The position numbers and the translations under genes are program-made. The notes under the pieces are model-generated. The model worked only from the letters and a program-made list of their open reading frames with translations. It ran no database searches and was not told the origin of the DNA. Shown here piece after piece: positions 23,975 to 24,784 of a DNA stretch of 24,784 nucleotides (position 1 is the stretch's first letter; every line of letters starts with the position of its first letter). The DNA is taken from positions 1 to 24,784 of IMG/VR virus record IMGVR_UViG_3300037479_000127. The stretch is one strand, 5' to 3'. The DNA comes from a virus (lineage: Duplodnaviria; Caudoviricetes).

Positions 23975-24379
23975 GTGGCGGTCCGCACCCCCACCATCGT
24001 CTACGTTGGCGATAACGTTCGCCGCGTGACATGGAGTGGTCTCCTGAACGGTGACACCGGCCTCGGCTGGGAAGCCTGGGACGAGCACGAGCGTCGCATG
24101 ATCCAGGTAACGGGCACGTTCGGTGCGGGCGGCAACGCGCGCATTCAAGGCTCCCTCCTGGTCTCTCCCAACCAATCGGAGACGGCCACCGCCGAAGCGG
24201 ACTGGCACCGTCTCCACGACGATTCCGGTAATGACCTCGACTTCAACGGGGTGGCTCCGAACGTTCGTATCGAGCGCATCGAGGAAGGCCCGGCCTGGGT
24301 CCGTCCCGCGGTCACGGCGGGCGACGGCACGACGAACCTCACCGTTACCCTCATCACCTATCGTCAGGGACCTCGATGA
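23975..24379 (+). CDS. Beta-sandwich virion-type protein
   Basis: VTWSGLLNGDTG...IQVTGTFGAGG...IQGS...W...PAWVRPAVTAGDGTTNLTVTL. Confidence 0.72.
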   Translation: MAVRTPTIVYVGDNVRRVTWSGLLNGDTGLGWEAWDEHERRMIQVTGTFGAGGNARIQGSLLVSPNQSETATAEADWHRLHDDSGNDLDFNGVAPNVRIERIEEGPAWVRPAVTAGDGTTNLTVTLITYRQGPR

Positions 24380-24784
24380 AGCATCCCATCGGTGAGAGTG
24401 CCCTGCATGCCTTCGCTCGAACCATCGAGGAATCCCTGGCTCTGGTGGAACGAAAGGCCGAGTTGGAGCGGGACATCTCCGAGGCCCAGCGCCGCCATGC
24501 GGCGGTGATTCAGGACATTGCCACGAAGGAAGGGCATCTCGCGGATCTCCAGGCCACCATCGCTGCCACCCGCGAGCAGCTCGATCACGAAACGGAGCGC
24601 CTCACGCTCGAACGAGCTGCACATGAAGCGGCCCTCGTCACCATGGCTCGTCAACGGGATGCTGCCGAAGCCGAGTGGGTCGCCCTGACTCAACGTGAGC
24701 ATGATCGTGTGGCTGCCGAGTTCGCTTCCGAGCAGCGCCGGCTCTCCGAAGAGGTGAACGCTCTCACGGCCGAGCACGACCGCC
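24376..24784 (+). CDS. Coiled-coil protein (partial, runs off window)
   Basis: ATGA overlap. MKHPIGESALHAFARTIEESLALVERKAELERDISEAQRR... is open to the window end and is not in the ORF track. Confidence 0.65.
   Translation, partial: MKHPIGESALHAFARTIEESLALVERKAELERDISEAQRRHAAVIQDIATKEGHLADLQATIAATREQLDHETERLTLERAAHEAALVTMARQRDAAEAEWVALTQREHDRVAAEFASEQRRLSEEVNALTAEHDR

Overview
This 24.8 kb window is a high-GC fragment of a tailed dsDNA phage or prophage. It has two divergent arms that meet at a 31-bp pure A/T tract (13727-13757). The left arm (minus strand) carries early and replication genes: many small Cys/His-rich ORFs, a DUF932-like protein, a DUF5664-type dNTP diphosphohydrolase, a PD-(D/E)XK nuclease, a Sak4/AAA_24-like ATPase, an SSB, a ribbon-helix-helix (RHH) protein, a family A DNA polymerase fused to a family-4 uracil-DNA glycosylase, and a DUF3987 helicase-like gene that runs off the left edge and is missing from the ORF track. 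The right arm (plus strand) carries late genes: a RyR-domain protein, a TerS-like protein, a beta-helix tailspike-like protein, TerL, a lysozyme with holin-like genes, and small structural-type proteins. The most notable observations are: (1) the Sak4-like ATPase appears circularly permuted, with Walker A C-terminal to Walker B; (2) TerL is split into two genes separated by five ORFs and a candidate internal promoter; (3) three virion-type, Cys-rich late proteins carry Sec signal peptides; (4) a 29-bp inverted repeat brackets the DUF932 gene; (5) ten TCGTTAAC boxes lie in three intergenic clusters; (6) a multi-stem RNA with a possible pseudoknot precedes ssb; (7) there are tandem paralog expansions in both arms. 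All family assignments come from reading motifs by eye; no database searches were run.
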